Below are positions 18,865-28,181 of a stretch of DNA of 64,000 nt, in pieces. The notes under the pieces are model-generated. The model was not told the origin of the DNA. It saw only the letters and a program-made list of their open reading frames with translations, and searched no databases. The stretch's first letter is position 1, and each line of letters opens with the position of its first letter. Origin of the DNA: an uncultured Thermoleophilia bacterium (GTDB taxonomy: Bacteria; Actinomycetota; Thermoleophilia; UBA2241); the NCBI GenBank assembly GCA_963709845.1, contig CAVPXV010000006.1:229837-293836 (forward strand), given 5' to 3'. A program made the position numbers and the translations under genes.

Positions 18865-19377
18865 ATGAGCGACGCACCACTCGACCTGTACATCGCCGGC
18901 TACAACGACCCCGCGGCGGCCAAGGCCGACTTCGACGCCCTCAAGAAGGCGCAGCGCCAGGGCATCGTCTTCATCGACGGGGCGGTGCTCGTCAGCCGCG
19001 ACGCCGACGGCACGATGCACGTCAAGGAGAGCGGCGACCACGACGTCTTCAAGGGCGCGACGATCGGCGTCGCCGGCGGCCTGGTCGTCGGCCTCTTCGC
19101 GCCGCCGCTGCTCGGCGCCATGGTCGTCGGCGGGCTCATCGGCGGCCTGGTCGGCAAGCTCAAGAAGCACCACGAGGAGAAGGGCATCGCCAAGGACGTC
19201 GAGGACGTCGTCCCGCCCGGCACCTCGGGCGTGGTCGCGGTCTTCGAGGAGATCTGGGTGGACGAGGTCGAGCGCCAGCTGGCCAAGGCCGACAAGAAGG
19301 CGCTCAAGAAGGCCGACAAGGAGACCGCCAACGAGGTCAAGAAGGGCCTCGCGGAGACCAAGAAGCAGGAGCTTTAG
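18865..19377 (+). CDS. DUF1269-like membrane protein (glycine-zipper TM, Lys-rich tail)
   Basis: 170 aa; LYIAGYNDPAAAKADFDALKK..., GATIGVAGGLVVGLFAPPLLGAMVVGGLIGGLVG; GGGAGG SD. Confidence 0.5.
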   Translation: MSDAPLDLYIAGYNDPAAAKADFDALKKAQRQGIVFIDGAVLVSRDADGTMHVKESGDHDVFKGATIGVAGGLVVGLFAPPLLGAMVVGGLIGGLVGKLKKHHEEKGIAKDVEDVVPPGTSGVVAVFEEIWVDEVERQLAKADKKALKKADKETANEVKKGLAETKKQEL

Positions 19378-19419
19378 TCCCCGTACCGGCTGCCCGTCAG
19401 CGCGAGTCCCTGAGCCCTG

Positions 19420-19462
19420 CCCCGCCTGCTCGCCCACCTGAGTGGAGGGCGAGCAGGCGGGG
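19420..19462 (+). terminator. GC-rich hairpin, probable intrinsic terminator after the DUF1269 gene
   Basis: Perfect 16-bp stem CCCCGCCTGCTCGCCC / GGGCGAGCAGGCGGGG with 11-nt loop, 43 nt after the stop; no U-tract. Confidence 0.5.
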
Positions 19463-19684
19463 CGACGTGCCGCATGTCGTGCGCGGCATGACCCCACTGT
19501 CAGTCCTCGGCTGCTCACCGGGCTCGCGCGACCGGCCGGCCAAATGCCATGTAGGGCCGATCGTCGGCGGCCGGGGCAGCAGATCGGCGCGCCGGGCCGC
19601 CCCGTCTCGGCGAGCGGGTACCATAGAGCGTCGGACCGCCTCGCACCAAGCTGGCGAGCGGCCGCCGGAAAGGAGAGGCCGCAA

Positions 19685-20357
19685 GTGAGCGACGAGCCCG
19701 GTCCGCTTCCCGCAGAAGACAGCACGTCAGAGCGCGAGAGGCGCTCTCCTCCCCCTCGACCGCTTCAACGCCTTCTCCGACGGCGTCTTCGCCATCGCCA
19801 TCACGCTGCTGGTGCTCGAGATCGCCGTTCCGCACGCGGGCGTCCCCGTGCTGCCGGCGCTGCGCGAGCAGTGGCCCGAGTTCCTCGGCTACTACATCAG
19901 CTTCGCCTTCATCGGCGGCATCTGGATCGCGCACTCCGGCGTGACCAAGTTCATGAAGAGCGGGGACGCAGAGTCGTTCTCGCTGAACCTGCTGCTGCTG
20001 CTCTTCGTCGGCCTGCTGCCCTTCAGCACGGCGCTCATGGTCACGCACCTGACCGGGGCTGACGCCAAGCCCGCCGTGCTGTTCTACGGCGTCAACCTGC
20101 TGCTCGCCTCGATCGTGCTCAGCCTGCTCATCCGCTACCTCGCGCGGGAGCCGTCGCTGCTCGTCGACGAGATCGCTGAAGGCACGCTGCGGCGCATCAC
20201 CCGGCAGCGCTGGACCTCTCTCGGGCTGAACGTGCTCGCGATCGCCGTGGCGCTCGTCGCCCCGAAGGTCGCGGTCGGCCTCTACCTCGTCGAGACCACG
20301 CTGCTGCTGATCATCCCGTTCCTCGGTCTGCGCCGGCATCGCCGGGCAAGCCAGTGA
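19685..20357 (+). pseudogene. TMEM175/DUF1211-family potassium channel, frame break at about 19740
   Basis: The conserved first helix LDRFNAFSDGVFAIAITLLVLEI is in the frame of ORF 19812..20357, but upstream of its GTG with no start codon back to the TGA at 19686. The only upstream start (GTG 19685, VSDEPGPLPAEDSTSERER) is in another frame. Confidence 0.7.
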
Positions 20358-20400
20358 CCAAGCGTCGTCCCGGTCAGCTGAAGCGAATCCCAGTCCGACC

Positions 20401-20546
20401 GACCGGGTAGGCGACCGGACAGCAGAAGCGGCTCATTTACAGGGAGAACGTTGTAATAGTGACAACGATTGGTGCCCCCGGAAGGATTCGAACCTTCGAC
20501 CTCGCGCTCCGGAGGCGCGCGCTCTAATCCCCTGAGCTACGAGGGC
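20401..20546 (-). repeat. tRNA-Arg plus 3' flank (copy B of the diverged duplication; partner 9021..9183)
   Basis: See 9021..9183. Confidence 0.45.
20470..20546 (-). tRNA. tRNA-Arg (anticodon CCG), CCA encoded
   Basis: Manual fold: acceptor GCCCTCG/CGGGGGC, D arm GCTC-AGGGGATTA-GAGC, anticodon arm CGCGC-CTCCGGA-GCGCG, T arm GAAGG-TTCGAAT-CCTTC, discriminator A, CCA; 77 nt. Confidence 0.9.
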
Positions 20547-20627
20547 ACGGATGCGGATTGTAGCACGGCGCCGGCCGCGGCCTCGGGCTGGCGGCGCGCG
20601 CGGGGCGCCGCGGGCCGCGCGCCGCCC

Positions 20628-20904
20628 TCACACCAGGTGGTCGATGGCCTTCGGCGAGATCGACGTCGCGGGTGGTGACGCCGCCGGCGCTGTGCGTGCT
20701 CAGGCGCAGGGTCACCTTGTTGTAGCGGATGTCGATGTCCGGATGGTGCTGCCGCTCCTCCGCGACCTCGGCCAGGTGCTCGACGAAGTCGACGGCGTGC
20801 ACGAAGTCGGCGAAGCGCAGCGTGCGCGTGAGCGCCTCGTCCTTGAAGCCCCACTCCGTCAGCTCGTTGAGCGCCGCCCCGATCTGCTCCTGGTTCAGCG
20901 TGTC
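20628..20904 (-). pseudogene. pterin-4a-carbinolamine dehydratase (PCD/DCoH), frame break at about 20646 near the 3' end
   Basis: [21 protein letters not shown]...ERQHHPDIDIRYNKVTLRLSTHSAGGVTTRDVDLAE, then the expected end AIDHLV-TGA (stop 20628-20630) is in another frame. The uncorrected ORF (20524..20970) reads through into the tRNA. Confidence 0.75.
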
Positions 20905-20935
20905 CATGCGCACCTCCCGGAGAGCACCTGGCCCG

Positions 20936-21425
20936 TCACCGCGTGTCTTCCCGCCGCCCGCGCAAGGCACGCTCCACGTCGCGTTTGGCGTCGCGGTCGG
21001 CCATGTCGTGGCGCTTGTCGTAGAGCTTCTTGCCGCGCCCCAGGCCGATCTCCACCTTGGCGCGCCCGTCCTTGAAGTACACCTTGGTGGGGACCACGGT
21101 GAAGCCGCGCTCGCGCACGCGCTGGGCGATGCGCTCGATCTCGTGCCGGTGGAGGAGGAGCTTGCGCGCGCCGCAGCGGGTCGTGGTTCCAGATGTTGCC
21201 CTGCTCGAACGGGCTGATGTGCGCGCCGACCAGGTAGAGCTCCGGCGCGTGCAGCGATCCTTTGACCTCGACGTAGCTGTCGCGCAGGCTGATGCGCCCC
21301 TCGCGCAGCGACTTCACCTCGGTACCGACGAGGGCGATGCCCGCCTCGTAGGTGTCGTCGATGAAGAAGTCGTGGTAGGCCTTGCGGTTGTCCGCGACCC
21401 GTTTGATGCCCTTCTCGCGCGCCAT
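20936..21425 (-). pseudogene. smpB: SsrA-binding protein SmpB, frame break at about 21164
   Basis: [43 protein letters not shown]...[11 protein letters not shown] (ORF 20895..21827), then [52 protein letters not shown] (ORF 20936..21118); break inside CTGCGGCGCGCGCAAG. Confidence 0.85.
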
Positions 21426-21430
21426 GCCCG

Positions 21431-23420
21431 CTAGGTTACCCCATGGCGCGCCGCCGCGGTCAGCGGCCGCGCCGGCGCGGCTGGTGGCCGGGCGGGCGCC
21501 GGCGCGGCGGCCGGGCGCCGGTCGAGCGGCGCACCGGCGCGCGGTCCGGGGCCGCTGACCGTGTGGCCCTGGCCCTCGTGGGCCGGCGCCAGATCGACGC
21601 GCCCGCGCAGCCGGTCGACGCGCTCCACCGTGACCTCCACGGCGTCGCCGAGGCGGTAGCGGCGGCCCGTCGCCTCGCCGACCAGCGCCGTCTCGTGCTC
21701 GCTCACCTCGAAGCGCTCGCCGCCGAGACGACGCGCCGAGAGGAAGCCCTCGAAGACGCCGCCGAAGCGCACGAAGAGACCGCCGCCGACGAGGCCGACG
21801 ACCTCGCCGCCGAAGCGCTGTTCCCACCCTTCGGCGCGCAGGCGCTCCTCCAGCAGGAAGCTCAGCGCGACGTCGTCGGCGCGCAGCTCCAGGCGCGCGA
21901 TCTCGCGCTCGCGAGTGGAGCAGTCCTCGGCGGCGGCGGCCAGCTCGGCTTCGCCGAGCTCCGCGCCGCCCTCCCCCAGGTGCTGGAGCAGACTGCGGTG
22001 CGTCACGAGGTCGGGGTAGCGGCGGATCGGCGAGGTGAAGTGCAGATAGGCCGCACTCGCGAGCCCGAAATGGCCGAGGTTCGCGGCGCTGTAGCGCGCC
22101 TGCTTGAGCGAGCGCAGGAGCAGCGTCGACCAGGCGAAGGCGCCGCGCCCCTCGCGGGCGCTCGTCTCGGCCACGGTCCGGCTGAGGCGCCCGTAGGCCT
22201 CGGCGAGCTGCGCCGCCGGCACGGCGTCTCCGGCCGGGAACGGCGGGGTCGGCACGCCGAGCTCCTCGAGCTGGTCGAGGAGCTCGCGCACGCTGGCCGG
22301 CTCGGGCGGCTCGTGCACGCGGTAGAGCGTGCGTCCCTTCTTGCGCAGCAGGAACTCGGCCACCGCCTCGTTGGCGGCCAGCATGTACTCCTCCACGAGG
22401 GCGTGCGACGGCGTCTCGGGGCGCGCCACCGCGCCCGCGAGGATGCCGGCGCGGTCGAAGGCGTACTCGGGCTCGAACGACCCCAGCGTGAGGGCGCCGC
22501 GCGCCTGCCGCCGGCCGCGCAGCAGGCCGGCGACCTCGTGGGCGAGGCGCAGCTGGGTCGTGAGCTCCTCGTCGGCCGCGGTGGTCGCGCCGGGGACCTC
22601 GTGCGGCGCCTCGACCGCAGCGGGCCCTGCCGGATCGCCGCCCTCACCGATGATGCCGTCCACGAACCCGTAGGTCAGGCGGTGGTCGCTGCTGATCAGG
22701 GACCGGTAGAACTGTGCCGACGTGCGCCGCCCGTCGGCCGAGAAGCTGAGCTCGACGGTGAGGCACTTGCGCGGCTGCCGCGGCACGAGGCTGCAGAGGT
22801 CGCTGCTCAGCGCCGCCGGCAGCATGGGCTCGGCGAACAGCGGCAGGTACACGCTCGAGGTCCGGCGGCGCGCCTCCCTCTCGATGTCGCCGTCGGGATC
22901 GACGAAGTAGGAGACGTCGGCGATGTGCACGTGCGCGCGGTAGCCCTGCGCCTCGCGCCGCACCGAGATGGCGTCGTCGAAGTCGCGGGCCGTGTCCGGA
23001 TCGATGGTGAAGGTCGGCAGCTCCGTGACGTCGCGGCGGCCGCGGTCCGGGCGCGCGGCGCGCCCGCCGACCGCCGCCGCCTCCTCCAGCACCGCCTCGG
23101 AGAAACCCTGCGGCAGGCCCTCGGCGTAGAGCATCGCCCGCAGCACGCTGCGCAGATCGTCGGCGGGGCCGAGGACCTCGACGATGCGCCGCCGGTCGCC
23201 GTGCACCGGCACCGCGAGGACGAGCTCGTCCAGCCTCGGCGGCGCGCCGCCCTTGGCCACGAGGTAGGAGCGCGTGTCGGCGAAGAGAGGCTCCAGCGAC
23301 CAGAACTTGCCCCAGCGGGCGACGCGGTACGGGAGCGGGCGCGCCGGCGTGCCTCCCGGGGGCCGGCCGCCGCGCGGCGGCCGGGCGCCGCGGCCGGAGT
23401 CGCCGCCGCGGCGCGCTCAC
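21431..23420 (-). pseudogene. rnr: ribonuclease R / RNase II-family exoribonuclease (RNB + C-terminal S1 + basic tail), frame break at about 23402 just after the start
   Basis: ORF 21431..23260: [42 protein letters not shown] (RNB motifs), S1-like [15 protein letters not shown]. The same frame stays open upstream (GGDSGRGARPPRGG...YRVARWGKFWSLEPLF) to a TGA overlapping GTG 23420, which is in another frame. Confidence 0.8.
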
Positions 23421-23426
23421 GCCGCC

Positions 23427-24607
23427 CTACTTCTGCCGCGCGATGTACTTCAGCGCGGCCTGCAGCTGCTCGTCCTTCTTGGTCTTGGGCTGGTCCACGA
23501 CCACGATGTTCGGCTGGATCCCCTTGTGGTTGATGTCGGTGCCGTTGGGCGTGAGGTACACCGCCGTCGTGAGCTTGAGCGCGGAGCCGTCGCCCAGCTG
23601 GATGATGGTCTGCACGAGCCCCTTGCCGAAGGTGCGCGTGCCGATGATCTCGGCGCGCTTGTGATCCTGGAGCGCGCCCGTCACGATCTCGGAGGCGCTG
23701 GCCGAGTCGCCGTTGACGAGCACGACCATCGGCTTGGTCGTCGTCACCGGGTCTTTGGCCTGGTAGACGTCGAGCGGCGAGTGCAGGCCCTTGGTCGAGG
23801 TCACGACGCCCTGCGTGAAGATGTTGGTGACGCCGACCGCCTGATCGATGAAGCCGCCGGGGTCGTAGCGCAGATCGAGGATGAACCACTGCGCGCCCTT
23901 GGCGGCGAGCGCCTGCACGCTGCGCGTCACGTCGCGCGTCGCGTAGTCGCCGAACTGCGTCAGGTAGATGTAGCCGACCTTCGTGCCCTTGTCCATGATG
24001 ATGCGGCTGGTCGTCTCGGGGACCTCGATGCGCCGGCGCGTGACGATGACCTGCTTCTCCGGCGGCTTGCCCGCGGGCAGCACGCCGAGTACGGACCTGG
24101 GTGCCTTCCTTGCCCTTGATGAGGGCGATGCTCGTGGCTGCCGGGAGGCCGGCGATCGGCTTGCCGTCGACGCTCACGATGGTGTCGCCGCCCTTGATGC
24201 CGGCCTTGCGGGCGGGACTCCCCGGCATCACCGACGTGATCGGTCAGCCCTTTGGCGGTCTTGTGCAGGTAGGCGCCGATGCCGTAGAACTGCCCGCTGA
24301 TCTGCTCCTCGAACGCCCCAAGATGCTTCGCGTCGATGTACACCGTGTAGGGGTCGTTGAGCGACTTGAGCGTGCCGTCGACGCCGGCGGTGCTGAGCTT
24401 CTGGGCGTCGACCGGCCTGTAGTACCGGCCCTGCAGCTCCTCGATGATGCGCTGCTGCAGGTCGCCGGCCTTCTTGGCGGCGCTGCGCTGTCCGCCGCTC
24501 AGGATGCCGACGTTCTCGCCGTGGAGGTACCAGCCCACGAAGTAGCCTCCGAGGAAGCCGAGAGAGACGAGGAGCACGACGATGATGGTCCGCAGGGCGC
24601 GCATCAA
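23427..24607 (-). pseudogene. S41 carboxy-terminal processing protease (Ctp/Prc family) with PDZ domain, two frame breaks (about 24240 and 24090)
   Basis: Signal-anchor plus N-domain MMRALRTIIVVLLVSLGF...FYGIGAYLHKTAKGLT (ORF 23960..24607). PDZ MPGSPARKAGIKGGDTIVSVDGKPIAG (start of ORF 22807..24231). Catalytic part FILDLRYDPGGF, VVLVNGDSASASEI, GTRTFGKGLVQ (ORF 23427..24083). Confidence 0.8.
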
Positions 24608-24653
24608 CGTTGCATGCTAGCCGGTCCGGCGAACGGCTTCAAACGAGGCCGGG

Positions 24654-25829
24654 TCAGGGCAGGTAGGCGAGCGGGTCGACGGGGTTGCCGTTGAGACGCA
24701 CCTCGAAGTGCAGGTGCGGCCCCGTGGAGAAGCCCGTCGACCCGACGTAGCCGATCACCTGGCCGCGCCCTACGCGGACGCCGTTGCCCGCCGCCAGCGA
24801 GGACTGGTGCGCGTACAGCGTCGAGATCCCGCCGCCGTGGTCGATGATCGTGACGTTCCCGTAGCCGCTCATCCAGGTCGCGTAGATCACGGTGCCGCTG
24901 TCGGCGGCGTGGATGGGCGTGCCGTAGCCGGCGCCGATGTCGATGCCGGTGTGGAACTTCCTGACGTGCAGGATGGGATGGACGCGCCAGCCGAACCCCG
25001 ACGTGACCGGGCCGCTGACCGGCCAGGCGAGGCTGCCCGTCCCTCCCCCGCCTCCGGACGAGCCGTTGATGACGCCCGAGAGGGCGTTGCTCTCGGCGAT
25101 GAGCTGGTCCTCCTGGCGGGCGAGCTGAGCCAGGTTGTCGTTGACGTGCGCGAGCGCGCCGGCCTTGTCCTTGCGCGCCGCCAGCGCCGCGCTCTGCTGC
25201 GCGGCCTCCGCGGCGCGCAGCGCCACGAGGCGCGCGCTCTGCGCCGCGAGCTCAGCGACGGCCTGGTGGACCTCGCTCTCCTTGGCCGCTATCTCGCGCT
25301 GCTCCCGGCGCACGTCGTCGCGCGCTACCTGCAGGCGCCCCACCAACTGGTTGTCGCCGCTCACGAAGCTGTGCACCACGTCGACGCGGCTCACGAGATC
25401 CTCGAAGCTCGTGGAGGCCAGGATCACGTCGAGATAGGTCAAGTCGGAGGTCTTGTACGCGAGAGCGACGCGCAGACCGAAGTCGTGCTCCTCCGTTGTC
25501 AGCCGACGCTGGGCGGCGGCCAGCTCCTCGCGCTTGAGGCGCAGCTGCTCCTCGACGACCTGAAGCTTGGCGCGGGTGGCGCCGAGCCGCTGCTCGACCG
25601 CGCCGATCTTGTCGCCCAGGCGCTTGACCTGGGCGTCGAGCGCCGTGAGGCGACCGTCGAGGGCGGCGATCTGCTCGGTGAGGGAGGCCTTGTGCTGCTT
25701 GGCCGCGGCGATCTTGTCCCGGGTCTTGGCCAGCTGCCCGGGAGCGCCCGCCGAGGCCGCCGCCGGCGCGAGGCCGAGGGCGACCGCCACAAGGAGGGCG
25801 GCGACGATGAGCTTGCGCAGAGAGATCAT
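24654..25829 (-). CDS. M23 peptidase with N-terminal coiled coil (EnvC/murein hydrolase activator-like)
   Basis: Frame of ORF 24654..26000, ATG 25829 (MISLRKLIVAALLVAVALGLAPAAASA signal); long heptad-rich region; HTGIDIGAGYGTPI and STGPHLHFEV M23 motifs. Confidence 0.85.
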   Translation of the reverse strand: MISLRKLIVAALLVAVALGLAPAAASAGAPGQLAKTRDKIAAAKQHKASLTEQIAALDGRLTALDAQVKRLGDKIGAVEQRLGATRAKLQVVEEQLRLKREELAAAQRRLTTEEHDFGLRVALAYKTSDLTYLDVILASTSFEDLVSRVDVVHSFVSGDNQLVGRLQVARDDVRREQREIAAKESEVHQAVAELAAQSARLVALRAAEAAQQSAALAARKDKAGALAHVNDNLAQLARQEDQLIAESNALSGVINGSSGGGGGTGSLAWPVSGPVTSGFGWRVHPILHVRKFHTGIDIGAGYGTPIHAADSGTVIYATWMSGYGNVTIIDHGGGISTLYAHQSSLAAGNGVRVGRGQVIGYVGSTGFSTGPHLHFEVRLNGNPVDPLAYLP

Positions 25830-25885
25830 GGCAACCTCAGGTGTTCTGTGCGCGGCGGCCCGAATCCTGTCGGCCGCCGCCCCGG

Positions 25886-26797
25886 TCACGTCCTGAGGTG
25901 GCGGCGCAGGGCCACGACGCTGCCCAGCGCGCCCAGCAGGGCGCCGAGGATGGCCATCGTGGGGATCAACCCGAGCGGCCACGAGCCGCCCTGCCACCAC
26001 ACGCTATAGATGCGCACGCTGAGGAAGTCGATCTGCGTGCTCTTGATCCAGTTGGAGACACCCCAGTTGGCGACCCACACGAAGAGGCCGGCGAAGATGG
26101 CGCCGAGCAGGCCGGTGATGAAGCCCTCGAAGACGAAAGGCCAGCGGATGAACCAGTTGGTGGCGCCGACGAGGCGCATGATCTCGACCTCGCGGCGCCG
26201 CGCGAAGATGGAGAGCCGCACCGTCGTGCTGATGAGGAGGACGGCGGCGGCCGCGAAGATCACGGTGACCACCCACATGCCCTTCTCGATGAGGCTGATG
26301 GTGCCGAGCATCTTGCGCACCGTCTCCTTGGCGTACTTGACGCCGTTGTGCGTGCCGGGGTCGTTGTCGACGGTCGGGTCCTTGAAGAACCGCGCCGCCA
26401 CCTGGTCGACCCGGTCGGCGTTCTTGACCTGGATCTGGTAGGAGGCGGGCAACGGGTTGATCGGCAGGTTCGCGACGATGCGTTCGCCGAAGCGCTTGCG
26501 GAAGAGGTCCAGCGCCTGCTGCTTGGAGATGTACTTGTAGCTCTTGACGTCGGGGAGGGCGCGGATCTTGTTCTCGAGCGCCTGGACCTGCGTCGGCGTG
26601 GCGGTGTCCTTGATGAACACCTCGATCATGACGCGGTTCTTGAGGCTCGTGGCGCCCTGGTTGAGGTTGTCGCGCGTCACCAGCACCGCGCCGAGGATGG
26701 CCGTGCTGATGAACACGGTGATCACGGCCGCCATCGCCATCACCCAGTTGCGGCGCATCGAACCGAGGGCCTCGCCGAGGAAGAAGCTAAAACGCAT
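25886..26797 (-). CDS. ftsX: cell division ABC transporter permease FtsX
   Basis: Frame of ORF 25886..26905, ATG 26797 (MRFSFFLGEALGSMRRNWVMAMAAVITV); large extracytoplasmic loop then 3 TM; overlaps ftsE end. Confidence 0.85.
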   Translation of the reverse strand: MRFSFFLGEALGSMRRNWVMAMAAVITVFISTAILGAVLVTRDNLNQGATSLKNRVMIEVFIKDTATPTQVQALENKIRALPDVKSYKYISKQQALDLFRKRFGERIVANLPINPLPASYQIQVKNADRVDQVAARFFKDPTVDNDPGTHNGVKYAKETVRKMLGTISLIEKGMWVVTVIFAAAAVLLISTTVRLSIFARRREVEIMRLVGATNWFIRWPFVFEGFITGLLGAIFAGLFVWVANWGVSNWIKSTQIDFLSVRIYSVWWQGGSWPLGLIPTMAILGALLGALGSVVALRRHLRT

Positions 26798-27494
26798 GCT
26801 CCACCTCCTCCACGACCTGGTCGTAGCTGCCGCGGCGCTCGTCGCGCACGAGGCGGCCGGCCTCGAGCTGCAGGACGCGGCGGCGCATGCGGTTGACCAT
26901 GTCACGGTCGTGCGTGGCGACCACCACGGTAGTGCCCGTGCGGTTGATGCGCACCAGCAGCTGCATGATGCCCACGGCGGTCTCGGGGTCGATGTTCCCG
27001 GTGGGCTCGTCGGCGAGCAGCAGCGGCGGATGGTTGACGAAGGCGCGGGCCACCGATACGCGCTGCTGCTCCCCTCCCGAGATCTCGTGCGGGAGGCTGT
27101 TGGTCTTGTCCGCCAGGCCGACGAGGCTGAGGATCTCCGGCACCTTGCGCCGGATGCTGCGGCGCGGCTCCCCGACGACCTCGAGGGCGTAGGCGACGTT
27201 GTCGTACACGGACTTGTTGGGGAGCAGCTTGAAGTCCTGGAAGACGCAGCCGATGTTGCGGCGCAGCAAGGGGACCTTGCTGCTGCGCAGGGTGCCGAGG
27301 TTGCGGCCGGCCACGAGGATGCGGCCTGTTTCGGGCCTCAGCTCCTTGAGCACCAGCTTGATGAGGGTCGACTTCCCCGAACCGGAGGGACCGACCAGGA
27401 ACACGAACTCGCCCTTGCCGATGTGGCAGGTGAAGTCCTGGAGGCCGACAACGTCGGGGTCGTAGACCTTGGTGACGTCTTCGAACACGATCAT
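26787..27494 (-). CDS. ftsE: cell division ATP-binding protein FtsE
   Basis: 235 aa; Walker A GPSGSGKST, signature ISGGEQQRV, Walker B LLLADEPTG; directly upstream of ftsX. Confidence 0.9.
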   Translation of the reverse strand: MIVFEDVTKVYDPDVVGLQDFTCHIGKGEFVFLVGPSGSGKSTLIKLVLKELRPETGRILVAGRNLGTLRSSKVPLLRRNIGCVFQDFKLLPNKSVYDNVAYALEVVGEPRRSIRRKVPEILSLVGLADKTNSLPHEISGGEQQRVSVARAFVNHPPLLLADEPTGNIDPETAVGIMQLLVRINRTGTTVVVATHDRDMVNRMRRRVLQLEAGRLVRDERRGSYDQVVEEVEHAF

Positions 27495-27733
27495 GGGACG
27501 CGCTCTCCCTTGCAGCCGTCAGAAGGCCAGTGCCCGATTATGGGGGTCTGGCCGGCCTAGCTCAACCCGCACCCCTTATTCGGCGCCTCCCCGGTGGAGG
27601 CCTTTGGAGTGGCCGCGCCCGGTCGTGGCCCCGCGGAACGCCCGGACGGCAGGGCCTCCGGTCGCGGTACGAGCAGACAACGCGCCGCCCGGCTGATACG
27701 GTGACGGCGAATCGACTTCATGGAGGCTCCCGG

Positions 27734-27997
27734 ATGGTCGTGTTCCTCATCATCGTCGCACTCGTGCTCGTGGCCGGGCTGGGCATCCTCATCTTCAAGC
27801 TCATGCGCCGCACTCAGGACGTCGTGCCGCGCGCCGCCGACCACGCCGAGGCGCGCGGCGATCGGGTGGTGGCCGTGGACGACGCCGGGAGGCCCGTCAC
27901 CGAGAGTGAGGCCGGCGAGCCCGCCGAGGCGCGCGACGACGCGCCGTTCGAGGCGGTCCTCCACGAGGAGCTCAAGGACCTCGGCCGCGACGAGTGA
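27734..27997 (+). CDS. small N-terminally anchored membrane protein, acidic tail (hypothetical)
   Basis: MVVFLIIVALVLVAGLGILIFKLMRRTQD... inside ORF 27530..27997; GGAGG 7 nt upstream of ATG 27734. Confidence 0.4.
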   Translation: MVVFLIIVALVLVAGLGILIFKLMRRTQDVVPRAADHAEARGDRVVAVDDAGRPVTESEAGEPAEARDDAPFEAVLHEELKDLGRDE

Positions 27998-28181
27998 CGC
28001 GTGCCCGACGGCCCGGCACCCTTCCACGACGAGGTGAGGGTTCCGGCGAGACCGACATCGGCATCCTCGACGCGGGCGCCATGGCCCGCCGCCAGCCGGA
28101 CCGTCGCAGTCGCCGACGACGCCAGAGCCGCCCCGCCGGCGTCCAGCTCCCAGGGCCCGCGGCGAGTCCGCGCCCGGTCGC

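Noticed and set aside
9021-20546. Active integrative element or prophage
   Set aside because: There is no integrase, excisionase, transfer or phage genes inside. Repeat homology extends into the tRNA flank rather than being a sharp att core. It is kept only as an old scar hypothesis in the findings.
20469-20678. 69-aa plus-strand ORF
   Set aside because: It is simply the reverse complement of tRNA-Arg plus the GC-rich spacer.
20470-21425. tmRNA (ssrA) gene next to smpB
   Set aside because: The space downstream of smpB is filled by the PCD gene and a canonical 77-nt tRNA-Arg. I found no 350-nt tRNA-like/mRNA-like element or resume/tag reading frame.
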